Origin: Piromyces finnis finn | Taxonomy: Eukaryota > Fungi > Neocallimastigomycota | Length of the DNA: 30,481 bases | NCBI GenBank assembly: GCA_002104945.1 | Contig: MCFH01000133.1 | Location: 1 to 30,481, forward strand | Direction: 5' to 3' | Shown here: positions 12,901 to 28,364 of the stretch, piece by piece | Layout: every line of letters begins with the position of its first letter | Numbering within the stretch: position 1 is the stretch's first letter | Notes under the pieces: generated by a model | What the model was told of the DNA's origin: nothing | Databases searched by the model: none | The model's input: the letters and a program-made list of their open reading frames with translations, nothing else | Position numbers and translations under genes: made by a program

Positions 12901-13674
12901 ATATTATTTTTAATAATTCCTAATATATACTATGGCTCGTATTCGTGAGTTAGAAAATAATTATTTTGAAAGATATACAGAATGTATTATGTCTGCTTAT
13001 GACCGTATACATAAAAGTGATATGGATTCAATAGAAAATGATGATCTTCGAGAGGTAATATTATGAAAAAAAAAAATTTTTTTTTTTATAATAAATGTTA
13101 AGTCAAATAATAGAGCATATGGACTTTAATATAGAATTCATTATGTTTCTATAAAAGCAAAAATGAATATACTTGATCTATACTTTATTTTAATATTTTC
13201 CCCTTTTTTTATACTGTTTGATGTTTTATTTCCATATTAGCTTATAAGTGATAAAGAAATTATATTAAATTCATTAAATGCAACTCATGATTTCCATCTA
13301 CTAAAATTCGATCAACAGGTATATAATTTTATTACTATTTTCATAATTACTATAGATATTGTTATCGTATAAATATTAAATAAACGATAAAAAAAAAAAA
13401 AGGAAATAAATAATAATATTTCCTTTTTTATAAAGTAAGCATAATCTAATCAGTTACTACTATTCTTCAAAATATTATTATATATATTTTACTGCCTTAA
13501 CGAAAATAACAGGAAGATGGTTTGTCTAGTGGTTGTAATAAAGAGTTAGAAGATGAAATACAAAGAACCCATAATGAAGAAACTCAAAGAAATAGAAAAA
13601 GAGTCATAGAGATTATTACCTATGTGGAAAGATTATACTATGAAATTGATCAAGCGGAAGACAATATATTTTGA
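9997..13674 (+). CDS. DRC3: Dynein regulatory complex subunit 3 (LRRC48), 12 exons: 9997-10159, 10321-10437, 10539-10705, 10838-10984, 11152-11271, 11794-11906, 12078-12252, 12385-12516, 12668-12738, 12931-13054, 13241-13318, 13513-13674
   Basis: Exons sum to 1569 nt (522 aa + stop) with no indels needed. LRRs NLTKLQLDNNIIEKIEN, DLSFNNITVIEGL, DLSLFNNRISKIEN; LKYLDYRLI; ELMALEMTIVEQFE; MARIRELEN; HDFHLLKFDQQED; RNRKRVIEI, all matching recalled DRC3 motifs. Confidence 0.95.
11907..12077 (+). other. U12-type (minor spliceosome) AT-AC intron, DRC3 intron 6, phase 2
   Basis: 5' end /ATATCCTTT, 3' end ...taaacAC/. Removal gives GAG GA|T TAT AGA GCC (E-D-Y-R-A-K-F) in frame. Read-through hits TGA. 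Branch-like TCTTTAAC at 12039-12046. Confidence 0.9.
12739..12930 (+). other. U12-type AT-AC intron, DRC3 intron 9, phase 2
   Basis: 5' end /ATATCCTTTT, 3' end ...ttcctaatatatAC/. Removal gives ACA AA|T ATG GCT CGT (T-N-M-A-R-I-R-E-L-E-N) in frame. Confidence 0.9.
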
Positions 13675-14948
13675 GATATAATTTTTACAACAAAATTTAT
13701 AATAATCTCAAAATCAAAAAATAGATATATCGCCTTATTCTTTAAATATCTTTTCATATCCTTTCTTTTTAACTTATTGACTGCAATACTCTGAAAAAGA
13801 TTCCTTTTCAGTACTCTTTCCATATTAATTTAATTTTTGTTGTTGGTGAAAATGAAAATGAACCGTTTTTTTTTTTTTTAATACAAATTTAGAAATAAAT
13901 ATAATTTATATTAAAAATTTCCAAATATGGTAAAAAAGATTTTTCTTAACTAAAATACATTATTTAATATAATGTATTACTTTGTATGTAATTAAAACAA
14001 TATCAAATAAAGTTAATTTATTACAATTTAAATTTATATTTTAATATAGTATTATTTATATATATTATATTTAATATATTTTTTAATATTTTATATAGAC
14101 AGCCATTGAAATGAATTGAATTTTTATATTTCTCATATATTAATCTAAATATTAATTAATAATAAAATTAATTTTTTTTATTTGTAAAATGTACATATAC
14201 ACAAAAAAGAAATATTAATAAATATTAAATTTAATACAATATTTTATCAATTTATTATTTATTATTGATAATATAAATTTTTATATTATTATTATAAATC
14301 AATTTTACTTTTTTTTTTTTTTTTTTTTTTTTTGAAAACAATTTAGTGTTTTAAAGTAGAGTTAAGATTAAAAAATTTTAAAAAAGAAAAAAAAAAGACA
14401 ATTATAACATTACTTATAGAAATAATAAAAGGTAAAACTATAAAAATGAATAAAAAAAAGAAAAGAAGGAAAAAAAAAAGGAAATTATTAATATAAATAA
14501 ATAATAAATTTATTATAAATAAATAAATATAAACAAAAATTGAAATGAAAATAAAAAGAAAAAAGAATTTTGAATAGAAATTGTTATAATCAAAATAATA
14601 AATAAATAAATTGATCTTTTTTTTTTCTTCATGTTAAACAAAGTGATAAAATAAAGCTTTTTAAATGAAAAAAAAAAAAAAGAGGGGAAATAAATATACT
14701 TTAAATAATTAATTTTGTAAATAAAAATTAAAATAAATATAGATGAATCGAATAACACTAACCTTAATTTATATTTTTATATATTATTATAATGGTTTCA
14801 ATTACAAATGTTTTATTTATATGTATATATAAATAAAAACAAATATATATACATACATATTTCTAAATGGATTTTATTTAATCACAAAAAAAAAAAAAAA
14901 AACGGAAAAAAAACGTATTATCAATGTTTTACTTTGTAAAGATACAAA

Positions 14949-16027
14949 ATGAAATTCGACTTTGTTAAAGAATTAACCTCAGGACAATGTACCATTTACG
15001 GTCAATGGTATTGATATAAAATTATTTTATAAAAGTAAAAGCTTTTAATTTTTATTTCAAGAAAAAAAAAAAATTAATAATTTTTAATTATTTTATATTA
15101 AATTAAAATAATGAAATATTAAAGGTTCGCCATTATTTCTTCCATATGTAAGTTTATAATAAATACACAAAAAGATATTATATTTTTTAGATATATTGTA
15201 TAAAAGATTATTAAAATATTTAACATTTATTCTTTTTTTATATAATATAGTATTCCTTATCTTTGCTCCAGCAAACATTTTAGGTATTCTTATGTTACAT
15301 GCTGCTGAAAGTTTACAAGGAATCCTCGATCTGTAATAAAATTATATTTCTCTGAATAATAATTTTTTTTCATATTAATATAATTAAATTTTAAATTTTT
15401 TTTATAAATATATTTATTAAAAATATTAATAAAAGTGTCTTTGGTTGTGGTATTATTTTACTTGAAATTCCAATCTTTTTAAAGGTAAAATAAAAACAAT
15501 CGATATGTATGTTTATGTATAAATATGTATTAAGTTATGATAATTAAATATATTTTATATATTTTTCAATAATAATTAATTATAATAGTGTGTTCCATCA
15601 AGCCCAAAGTTGTAAGTATTATAGGTAATTAAGTATAATAATAAAATCACAATATATTTATTCAATTATATTTATAAATAAATTTAAATAGTGATGAACT
15701 TATTAAATTCTTTGAAAAGAACTCAATGAGAGCTGTTTTATATGCTGCGTATGTCTTTTTTTATCTTTTTTTTTTTTTATCAACCAATATAGTAATTATA
15801 AAGTAAAAGATTTTTAATTAACTATTTTTAAATAAAAATAAAATAGTATTGCTGTTGTTAACTGGCTTTTTGAATTCAATGGTGCTCTTACCGCTTTTAT
15901 CCTTCCAACCATTACTATTACTTGCAGTGCCATTTCTTACGGTATTGCTACCTTTAAGAATGAAGAACGTGTTACTAGTTCCTTAACTGGTACCAGTAAC
16001 CTTGTTGATCTTGCTTCTCGTGTTTAA
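14949..16027 (+). CDS. TVP18: Golgi apparatus membrane protein TVP18, 7 exons (14949-15007, 15125-15147, 15251-15332, 15436-15484, 15589-15611, 15692-15748, 15847-16027), 157 aa
   Basis: MKFDFVKELTSGQCTIYGQWFAIISS...LLEIPIFLKCVPSSPKFDELIKFFEKNSMRAVLYA resembles yeast Tvp18 (KDLKSFNFSVYGRW...IEIPFLLKICP...FIKRFETNGWRCLFY). All introns GT-AG, phases consistent. Confidence 0.9.
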
Positions 16028-16726
16028 GCATAATAATATTATATGGTTAACCCATTTTTTGATTACAAATATTATATAAATTGAAATGTATATAATATTT
16101 TATATATAAAAATATATTCTTTTTTTATTTTTTTATCCTTATTTTTATAAATATATTTAAAAATTAATTTATCTTTTTTTTAACCACATATAAAAAATAA
16201 AAAATAAAAAAATAAAAAAAAAAAAAAATTAAATAATAATTTAGAATTAATATATTTTTATTCAGCAATTATTTTATAAGAAATATGAAAACCATATTTT
16301 TAAGTTTAGTAATGAATTTCATTTTTTTTTTTTTTCTTTTTCATTCACACCTACATAACTATTTTATCAATATAAAAAAAAAAAGTATATATATATTTTT
16401 ATAAATATGAATATTAACAAGAAAAATAAATATATAATTTTATAGTTATAAAGAAAAGTTATTTTATATGTATGATTTATACCTTTAATAAAATAAAAAG
16501 GAAAAAACAAAAAAAATAAAATGCAATTAAAAAAAAAAAAAGTAAAATGTGTAATGAAAATTATGCTTATTTCGATATGCAAAAAAAAAAAAAAAAAAAA
16601 AAAAGAATATTATATTAATATTTAAAAATATAAAAAGGTATGAAGTATGAAATTATTTTAATTCTCTAAATTAGGTATAAAAAAAATTAAATAGAAAAAA
16701 AAATTATAGGAAAAAGTTTATTATTT

Positions 16727-20549
<3,823 letters not shown>

Positions 20550-23068
20550 AAATAATATTTGTTATTTTAGTATTACTTTATTTTTTTTTATTTTATATGT
20601 ATAAATTATCAATCTTTATTTTTTTTTATAAATATATAATATTATCTTTATTTTTTTTTTATAAATATATAATTATTATTTAAGAAAATTAAAAAAAAAA
20701 AAAAAAGTATAGAAAAAAAATTAACTATTAAAAATTAAATAGAGAATGATATAATATAGAGTTTGTTGGTTTTTCTTTTTGAAAAAATAAAAATTGTTTA
20801 TAAAATTTTTTAAAGTTTAATTTACATATTTACATTTCAAAAAAAAAAAAAAAATTATTCAAAATAAAGTTTAAAAAAAAAAAAAAAAGACTTCTTTATA
20901 AATCTTTTTAAATTGAAAAATATAGCAGTTTTTGACTATAGAAAATAGAAATTAGGGAGGAAAGAAGAAGAATAATTATATAAAAGAATATAAAAATTTA
21001 TCAACAATTAATGATGATAAATAAAAAAAAAAAAAAAAATGGAATACCTCTTGTCACAAAGATATAAATTATATTTTTTTTTTGCAATATATATATATAT
21101 ATATATATAAATCACTTGTATATTACTAAAAAATAATATATTTTTAATAAACTTTACATAATTTTATTCTTTTTTGATATTTTCCTTTATTTCTAATGTA
21201 ATAAAAGTTTATTAAAAAAATAATAATAATAAAATGAATTTTAATAAAAACATTTTGTTATTGTAACCCTTATTATTATTTATTAAAAGTAATGATTCAA
21301 TCTAAAAAAAAAAAAGTTTTTATAAAACATACAAAATATATCTAAGAGCAATTAATATTTAATATGCTCAATTGACAGATAAAATATTTATTAATTATTA
21401 ATATTATATATGTATTGATGTTAATGTTATAAATCAATAAATTATAATATTAGTTTTAATAATTCAAAATTTATTATCCATAATAATAAATTAATATTTT
21501 AATTTTTAGAATTTTAAAAATAATGAAAATATATAATATTTTTATTTTTATATATATTTTTAATGATAGAATAAAATATAGATCGTTTTTATTGACTTTT
21601 TTATATTACTTCTAGCCATTATCCTTATTCTTTCTATAAAAGGTATCCTAAAATAATAATTGCTTTTAGAATCTCAATTCATTAAATGAAATCACCTTAA
21701 AAATAAAATTTTTTTTTTAACTTATATAAGATATTTTGTAAAACAACAAAAAACGTAATTTCAACCACTTTTTTTTTATTTTATTCTCTACAATAATAAA
21801 TACAAAATTTAAAGATTCTCATAGCCTGTTAAAAAAGCATTTAAAGGATAAAATAAATTTAATTTTGAATAAATTAAAAGAAAATATTTTGTTAGCTTTT
21901 CAATTTATACATATTCATTTGCATCGACAAATATAGAAAGAGAGTAAAAAAAAAAAAAGTTTTTTTTTTAATTTATTTTTTGAATTAAACCTATGAAATT
22001 TATTTTATTACAATTCTAATAGTGAATCTGTGACTGTCTAAACATCAGTATGACTTGAAGAAAATTTTGATAGTTAAACCTATTATTATATTTTTAATTA
22101 AATTATAATATTTAGAATTCTTACTACACTATAAATAAACCTAGTAAAACTATTAAAATATATATAAAATTATTAAAATAAACTTACTTTGTTTTTTTTA
22201 TTTATTTTATTTTATATTAATAATACATAGATATAAAATATTATTTAAACCTTTCAACATAGTATAAAATAAAAAATTATTATTTACTTTATCCTCATTG
22301 TCGTTTTTGATGACTAATAATAAATTAATAATGCATACGAATATATTTATTTAATATAAAATATAATATATAGGAATATAATTATTTATTAATAAATGTT
22401 CTATTAAGTCTCAATACACTTTTTGTTTTCTTTTAAAAAAATTTGTGTCCAGAAAAAACAATCTATTTTCTGTAATATTCTCTTTTAAATGATTGGTAAA
22501 TATTATTTTAAAAATTTGTTATCTTATATATATTAATAGTCATAGATAATTTGTTAAGAATGAAAAACCCCTATTTTTCTTTTTTAAAAAAAAAAAAAGA
22601 ATAGGAATACTACATTTAAGCAAACAAAGCAAGCAAAGCAAGCAATGCAAACCATTAGAAATATAATAATAAGGCAAAAAGTAAACTAAAAATATTCTCT
22701 TTTGACATACAGCTTTAATTTTTTAAATAAATTTTTTTATTTAATACAAAGTATAGACAGTGAATACATTTTTTTTTTTCAATTAAAATTTAACTCCTAT
22801 GACCTTGCTTTTATTAGGATATATAATAAAAATACAACACTTTATAGTTTACTATTTTTTGATAAAATATATTACAAATAAATTAAAATAAAAAAATGGA
22901 TGGATTATTTAAATGATAATTCAATTATTAATTTTTAAATATAAATGTAGGTTAACTAATGAAAAATGAATAATTAAATAAGTTAAATGATATTTTGAGG
23001 GGATATAATAATGATAATAATGATAATAATGTTAATAAATGATAATATTGTTTTAATTATAAAAATAG

Positions 23069-25318
23069 TTATGATAATAACGTTGCAGTAGTATCTTCAT
23101 GACAATTTGGACATTTAAACTTTATTGGTTTATTTATTTGATTTAAATATTATAATTACGAACAGCTAAGGCTGATTTTAAACAAGTAGTATGATACTTG
23201 CATCCACAACTTGAATTAACTACAGATTTTGTTTCATTAATATTTCCATAGATTTTACCATTTTTGCCTTCGTAATCACAAAGATCAAAACGTATTAAGG
23301 AACAAGGATGATCAACTTTATTAAGTACGGTTTCCATTATATTTATACATTATTAAAAGTTTATTTAGCTTACTGCAATCGTTAGATTCCTTTATATAGG
23401 ATAAACTGTCAATGGAATATACAAATAAATTATAAATATTGTTTATACATATTGGATTGTTTTGGGTTAATCTTAAGTTCAGGATAAATTACTTCTAAAT
23501 CTTTCATGTATTTTTTTAATTCAAACTTTGCTTCATTAATATTGTTTTTAATAAACGATAATTGTTCATTTATTTATCAGCTTTTTTTGTTCGACCTTTA
23601 AGAATTCCTTGGAATTACAAGAAGAATGCTTCGCTTTTAATTCTTCTAATTCTTTTTGCTTTGATCCTTTTTCTTTGTTCAAGGTTGATATTATGTTTGC
23701 ATTTCCGTAACCTTGTTCATTATTTTTTTGATTTTCATCTTTCAATTCATCGTTGTTTTTTTCGGACTCTGTGAGTTCTTCTTGAACCTTTTCCAAATTA
23801 TGTTGTAATTTAGTAATTAATATTTGTTGAGCCTTTTTTGAATTGCTGAGCAATACAATTTCATTATCTTTTTTCTTTATTTTCCGGTTTATATTTATTT
23901 TATCGTTTTGAGCGGTTTTCAATTCATTCATTGTATTTTCAAATTCCTTTTGTATCATCAATAATAGATTGCTTTCTTTCATTTTCTCTTTTAAGAGATG
24001 CTATTTCTTCTTCCATCTTCTTTACCGTTTTATTAGTCTTCCTTTTCAATTATTTTATATTTTTAATATTATTTATACTTTCAATTTCTTTTACCTTATT
24101 ATTGACTATTTCAATTGATCTTTCTTTTCATTTTTTAGGATTTCTATTTCCTCATTCTTTTGTTGATAAATAAAATGTATTTTCAACTCGGTAAAAACCT
24201 TTTCTAAATCAGTTTGCTTTTTTTCTAATAATAATTGTTGCTTTTATTTTTTTCTTTAAGTATGTTAATTTCGCTTTTCTTTTCTTCTATATCCTTCATA
24301 TTCATTATCTTTTCTATTTTAGTTTTTTTAACTTCTTCTTGGGTATACTCTAATTCTTCTTCAGATTCCTTTATAAATAATGCTTGCTTTTATTTTTTCT
24401 TTTAGTAATTCTATTTCACATTCTTTTGCGCTTATTTCATCCATTATTCTTTCTTTTTCTCTAATAGCTGATTTTTTCTCTTTTAAAATTTCTTCAATTT
24501 CTTCTCTAGATTTTTTCCAATTCTTGTTTTGTTTCTCTATTATTATTGTTGACTTTCATTTTTTCTTTTAAGAGAAGAAAATTTCATTATTTTTTCTTCT
24601 ATACTACTTAATAACAATTTTTTTTCTTTATTAATTTTTTCAATTTCAGAATGGACTTGTTTTGCTTTTCTTCTGATATTTTTAATTGTAATAATTGTTT
24701 AATATTTTGGTCTTTAAGATATTCAATTTCATCTTCCTTTTCATATATATTCTTTTCAATTTTTCATTTTCTAATCAGCTTTATCCTTTCTTCTATTGCA
24801 ATCTTTATAGCGTTTTTGGTATTGGTTAATTCTTCTTGTGTATTATCATATGGACCATTTGATTTACCATTAATCTTTTCAATATCAATTTTAATAGGTT
24901 CATCATTTATATTAAGGTCTGAAATACTTATTTAGGTACATCTTTAACAATCGTTTTTATTTGATTTCTATAGTTTTTCTATGAATAATACATGTATTTA
25001 AAATACTTAATATCTTTTCTGTTTTTGCTATTGTATCTTTAGTTCCTTTATTAAATCTCGAATTTTAATTTTCTTTTTGTCTAACCTGGCTTTTTCAACT
25101 TCTTCTATTAACTTTTTTTGATTCTCATTTACTCCGACAGAATCATTTGGTATCTTTTCATTATTATCTACTTTTAAAATATTTTTATTTTCTGTATTTG
25201 TTTTTAATTATCTATTTTCATTATTAGTGTATTATTTTCAAAGAAACATATCAACATCACCTTTATAAGTTCTTTCTGACATTAATGATGTATAGCTATA
25301 AGACCTATCTCTAGCCAT
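23069..25318 (-). pseudogene. Coiled-coil protein with C-terminal RING-like zinc finger; many frameshifts (pseudogene or poor consensus)
   Basis: Starts MARDRSYSYTSLMSERTYK. K/E/N-rich heptad-like segments (ORF 23566-23982). C-terminus HPC...LC...SCGCKYHTTCLKSAL...KFKCPNCHED*. No obvious introns. Confidence 0.6.
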
Positions 25319-27259
25319 TTTTAATACTTAATATCAAAAATTTAAAAAAAAAAAAAAATTATAAAAAAAATTTTTTTTCATTTTTTATAGTTTTTTTTTT
25401 TTAAATTAAATTATACATTTTTTTTTTTTTTAATATAAAATTTTAATTTGTTTTAAAATTTAATTTGATAAAACTAATAATTAAAATCAAATAACCGCCA
25501 TTAAACCTATCTCTTCCATTTATTTGATTCAATATAATTAATTTTATTTTAAAGCATTAAATTTAACCAAATTTGTATATATTATTTTTTTTTTACAATT
25601 TAATAAATAAAATTATAATGTATCTTGTAAATATTAATTATAAATGGAATATCCAACATATATATATAATCGATGAATATATAGGTAAATAGATAATATT
25701 TTTATCCTATTCTTTTTTTTTAATATTAAAACAGGGAAGGTTACACGAAATTTATTAAACTCATGATAATATTTAATTTTATTAATAGTAGATATGAATA
25801 CATTTACAATATACATTTAATATATGGATTATTAATTAAAAATAAAATTTAAACTTTGGTAAAATTTAAAATTTGACCATTTTGGTCATAAGAAAATGAC
25901 TTTTAATAATAAAAGGTCAATAAGAAAAGTAAATAAGAAATTATATTAATAAATAATATTGAATATAATAAATAAATAATAAAAGATATATATATTTTTT
26001 ACTTTTTATTAAATATAATAATAGTAATAATAATAATAATAATAATGTTTTTCCATAAATTTCATTTTTTTTTTTAATTTTCTCATGAAAAATAACTATC
26101 CAATAAAAAAAAATTCTTAATAGAATTATTCATTTCATTTAAATTATTAATGTCTCCATTTATTATTAAATTTTGTTTAAAAAATAATTAAAAGTAACAT
26201 TTTCAAACCTGAACACTTTGGGTTTTTTTTTTTTTATAATATTACATTATTTTTATTCTTCTTAACTAATATAAAATAGAAATGAAATATAATAGTATTT
26301 GATATTCTTTTTTTTATTTCATTAGTCTTTTAGACCATTCTATTCATAGAAAATGATTAATTTAATAATTAATTTAATTTATTTCTAAAATGTATTATTT
26401 AAAATATAAACTGTTTTTATTATTAAATATTTAAAATAATTTAATACTTTTATAAAATAAGAAGAAAAAAACATTTAAATCCCTTTTTAGACTGATCTAT
26501 GGGATTTTTTGAAAAAATATTTGGTTAGTAACCATGCCCGAAAATTCACTTAAATCATTATTGATTATATATTATATTATTTTAAAATCTTCTTTCTTTT
26601 TTTTTTTTTAAAGTATAATAATTATTAGTTCATGGTTAAATTTTGAAAATTCTTTTCATTTTGATTAGTAATTATATAAAAGAATATTGAAGTATTTGAT
26701 GATTGCTTACATTGCTTTTTTTTTTTAATTAAATTTATATATATATATAATATACATGTATGAGCTACAATCAAATACAGTAAGAAAAGATAAGTGACTT
26801 ATCTACTTGGTGAATTTTATGTAATATTTGAAATAACTATTATTTATAAAAACAAAAATAAAATTATTTATTATATTTATTTTATATACACGATATATAT
26901 TTTCTAACTATTCAATAATAATTAGGTTTTATAATTTTTGAATAATATAAGCATTAATAAATAAAAGGTATGTGTAGAAATGAAAATAAAAAAAAATACT
27001 GTTCCTAATAAAGAAAATATAGATTTAAGTAAACGTATCTTTTAATTTTATATTTCTACTTAACATATATAGATTCATCTTCAAATACTATAAATAGAAA
27101 GAAAGATAAAATAAATAATAATGATGTTTAAAGATTACTATGAACTAAATTTACAAATGATATATAAATATTTATATGCATATCTTTTTTTTTTTTTTCC
27201 TTCTTATATTTATTATTAATATAGAGTTACATTTTATTGTAATATTTCATTTAAACTTA

Positions 27260-28239
27260 TGTATAAAAAAGAGAATTATTAGAAAGAGATTTCATCAATA
27301 ATAATTAACTAATATTACTTAAATCATTAAGAAAAAACATCAATCACAATATGTTAATATCTTACTATAGTAAAAAATTGACTCCAAAGGAATTTTTGAT
27401 AAGCTCAATGTATCTAAAGATAAGAGTATAGACAAATACAGGTCCATTGAATGAAGTAGTTGATTTAATTAATTTTAATTTTGTGTGTAAAGAGATGAAA
27501 TTTTACGATTAACCAATGGTGAAACTTTATATTTAAAATTAAAAAAAAATGGAACAGAAAAATAGTTTAAATACAAAGGAAGAAGTATATTCTGCTATGG
27601 TAACTTATGGATTTTTAATGTATATCATGATGAAAAACTTTCAATTCCAAATAATGAATTGAAAGAAGTATTTAAAGATGTAATAAAAAAAAAATTTACA
27701 TACTTTTATGATTTAATGAAAAATTCTAAGGAAATGTTAAAAAGCAACAATAACTAAAGATATAGGAACTATGAAAATATATTAGAAACTATGCATAATA
27801 ATGAAGCAACATCTTTTACAAAATATGATGAAAATACTTTAGGATTTATTATAAAATATAGTTTCTTTTATGTAGAAAAATATGAAATAGAACAAGAATC
27901 AAATGCTGGAAAAGGACGTGCTGATTTTATTTTTTATCCAAATGATAGATATAAAAACCAGTAATAATTTTAGAAATTAAGGTTGGGCATTACCAGAACA
28001 ATTATTAAACAAATATATAATAAGCAGTATTATCAAAAGGTGTTAAAAAATACAAAAAGATATTACTTGTAGGAATAAATTGCAATAAAAGAAATTATGA
28101 TTGCTTGGTAGAAAAATTTGAAAAATATAAATGTAATTTGGAAAATGATCGTTGGAGTAGAATAAGAACAAATTATAAATTAAGACCTAATCCAAAAAGA
28201 AGAAATATATATAATATACCAATAAAATTATTAAATTAA
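27260..28239 (+). pseudogene. Bacterial-type AAA-ATPase-like + PD-(D/E)XK nuclease (PDDEXK_9-type) pseudogene with internal deletion
   Basis: Fragments KTSI(T)NMLISYYSK-IDSKGIFDKLNVSKDK; NTGPLNEVVDLI; LNTKEEVYSAMVTYGFL; LSIPNNELKEVF; ENILETMHNNEATSFTKYDENTL; EQESNAGKGRADFIFYP...PVIILEIKV; ILLVGIN. Intronless, many frameshifts. Confidence 0.82.
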
Positions 28240-28364
28240 TAATTTTGATATATTTAGAAAATGATATTTATCTTGGCAAGGTATATATATATATATTTTC
28301 AAAAAAAAAATTAAATAAATGTGTATTATATTATTAATTTTACTAAAGATTACTTTAAAAAAAA

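Noticed and set aside
13656-13830. ~57-codon minus-strand ORF (MERVLKRNLFQSIAVNKLKRKDMKRYL...)
   Set aside because: Overlaps the DRC3 3' end and UTR, no splice or homology support.
21255-21270. RFX X-box-like sites near flagellar genes (GTTATTGTAAC; also GTTACTGTCATGAT at ~9765)
   Set aside because: Only half-site matches; not distinguishable from chance.
21643-21652. GTATCCT, a U12-like donor
   Set aside because: Intergenic, with no flanking exon or matching acceptor identifiable.
23562-24935. Plus-strand hydrophobic ORFs (23562, 23931, 24380, 24651)
   Set aside because: Antisense to the K/E-rich coiled-coil gene; F/L/S richness is the expected mirror.
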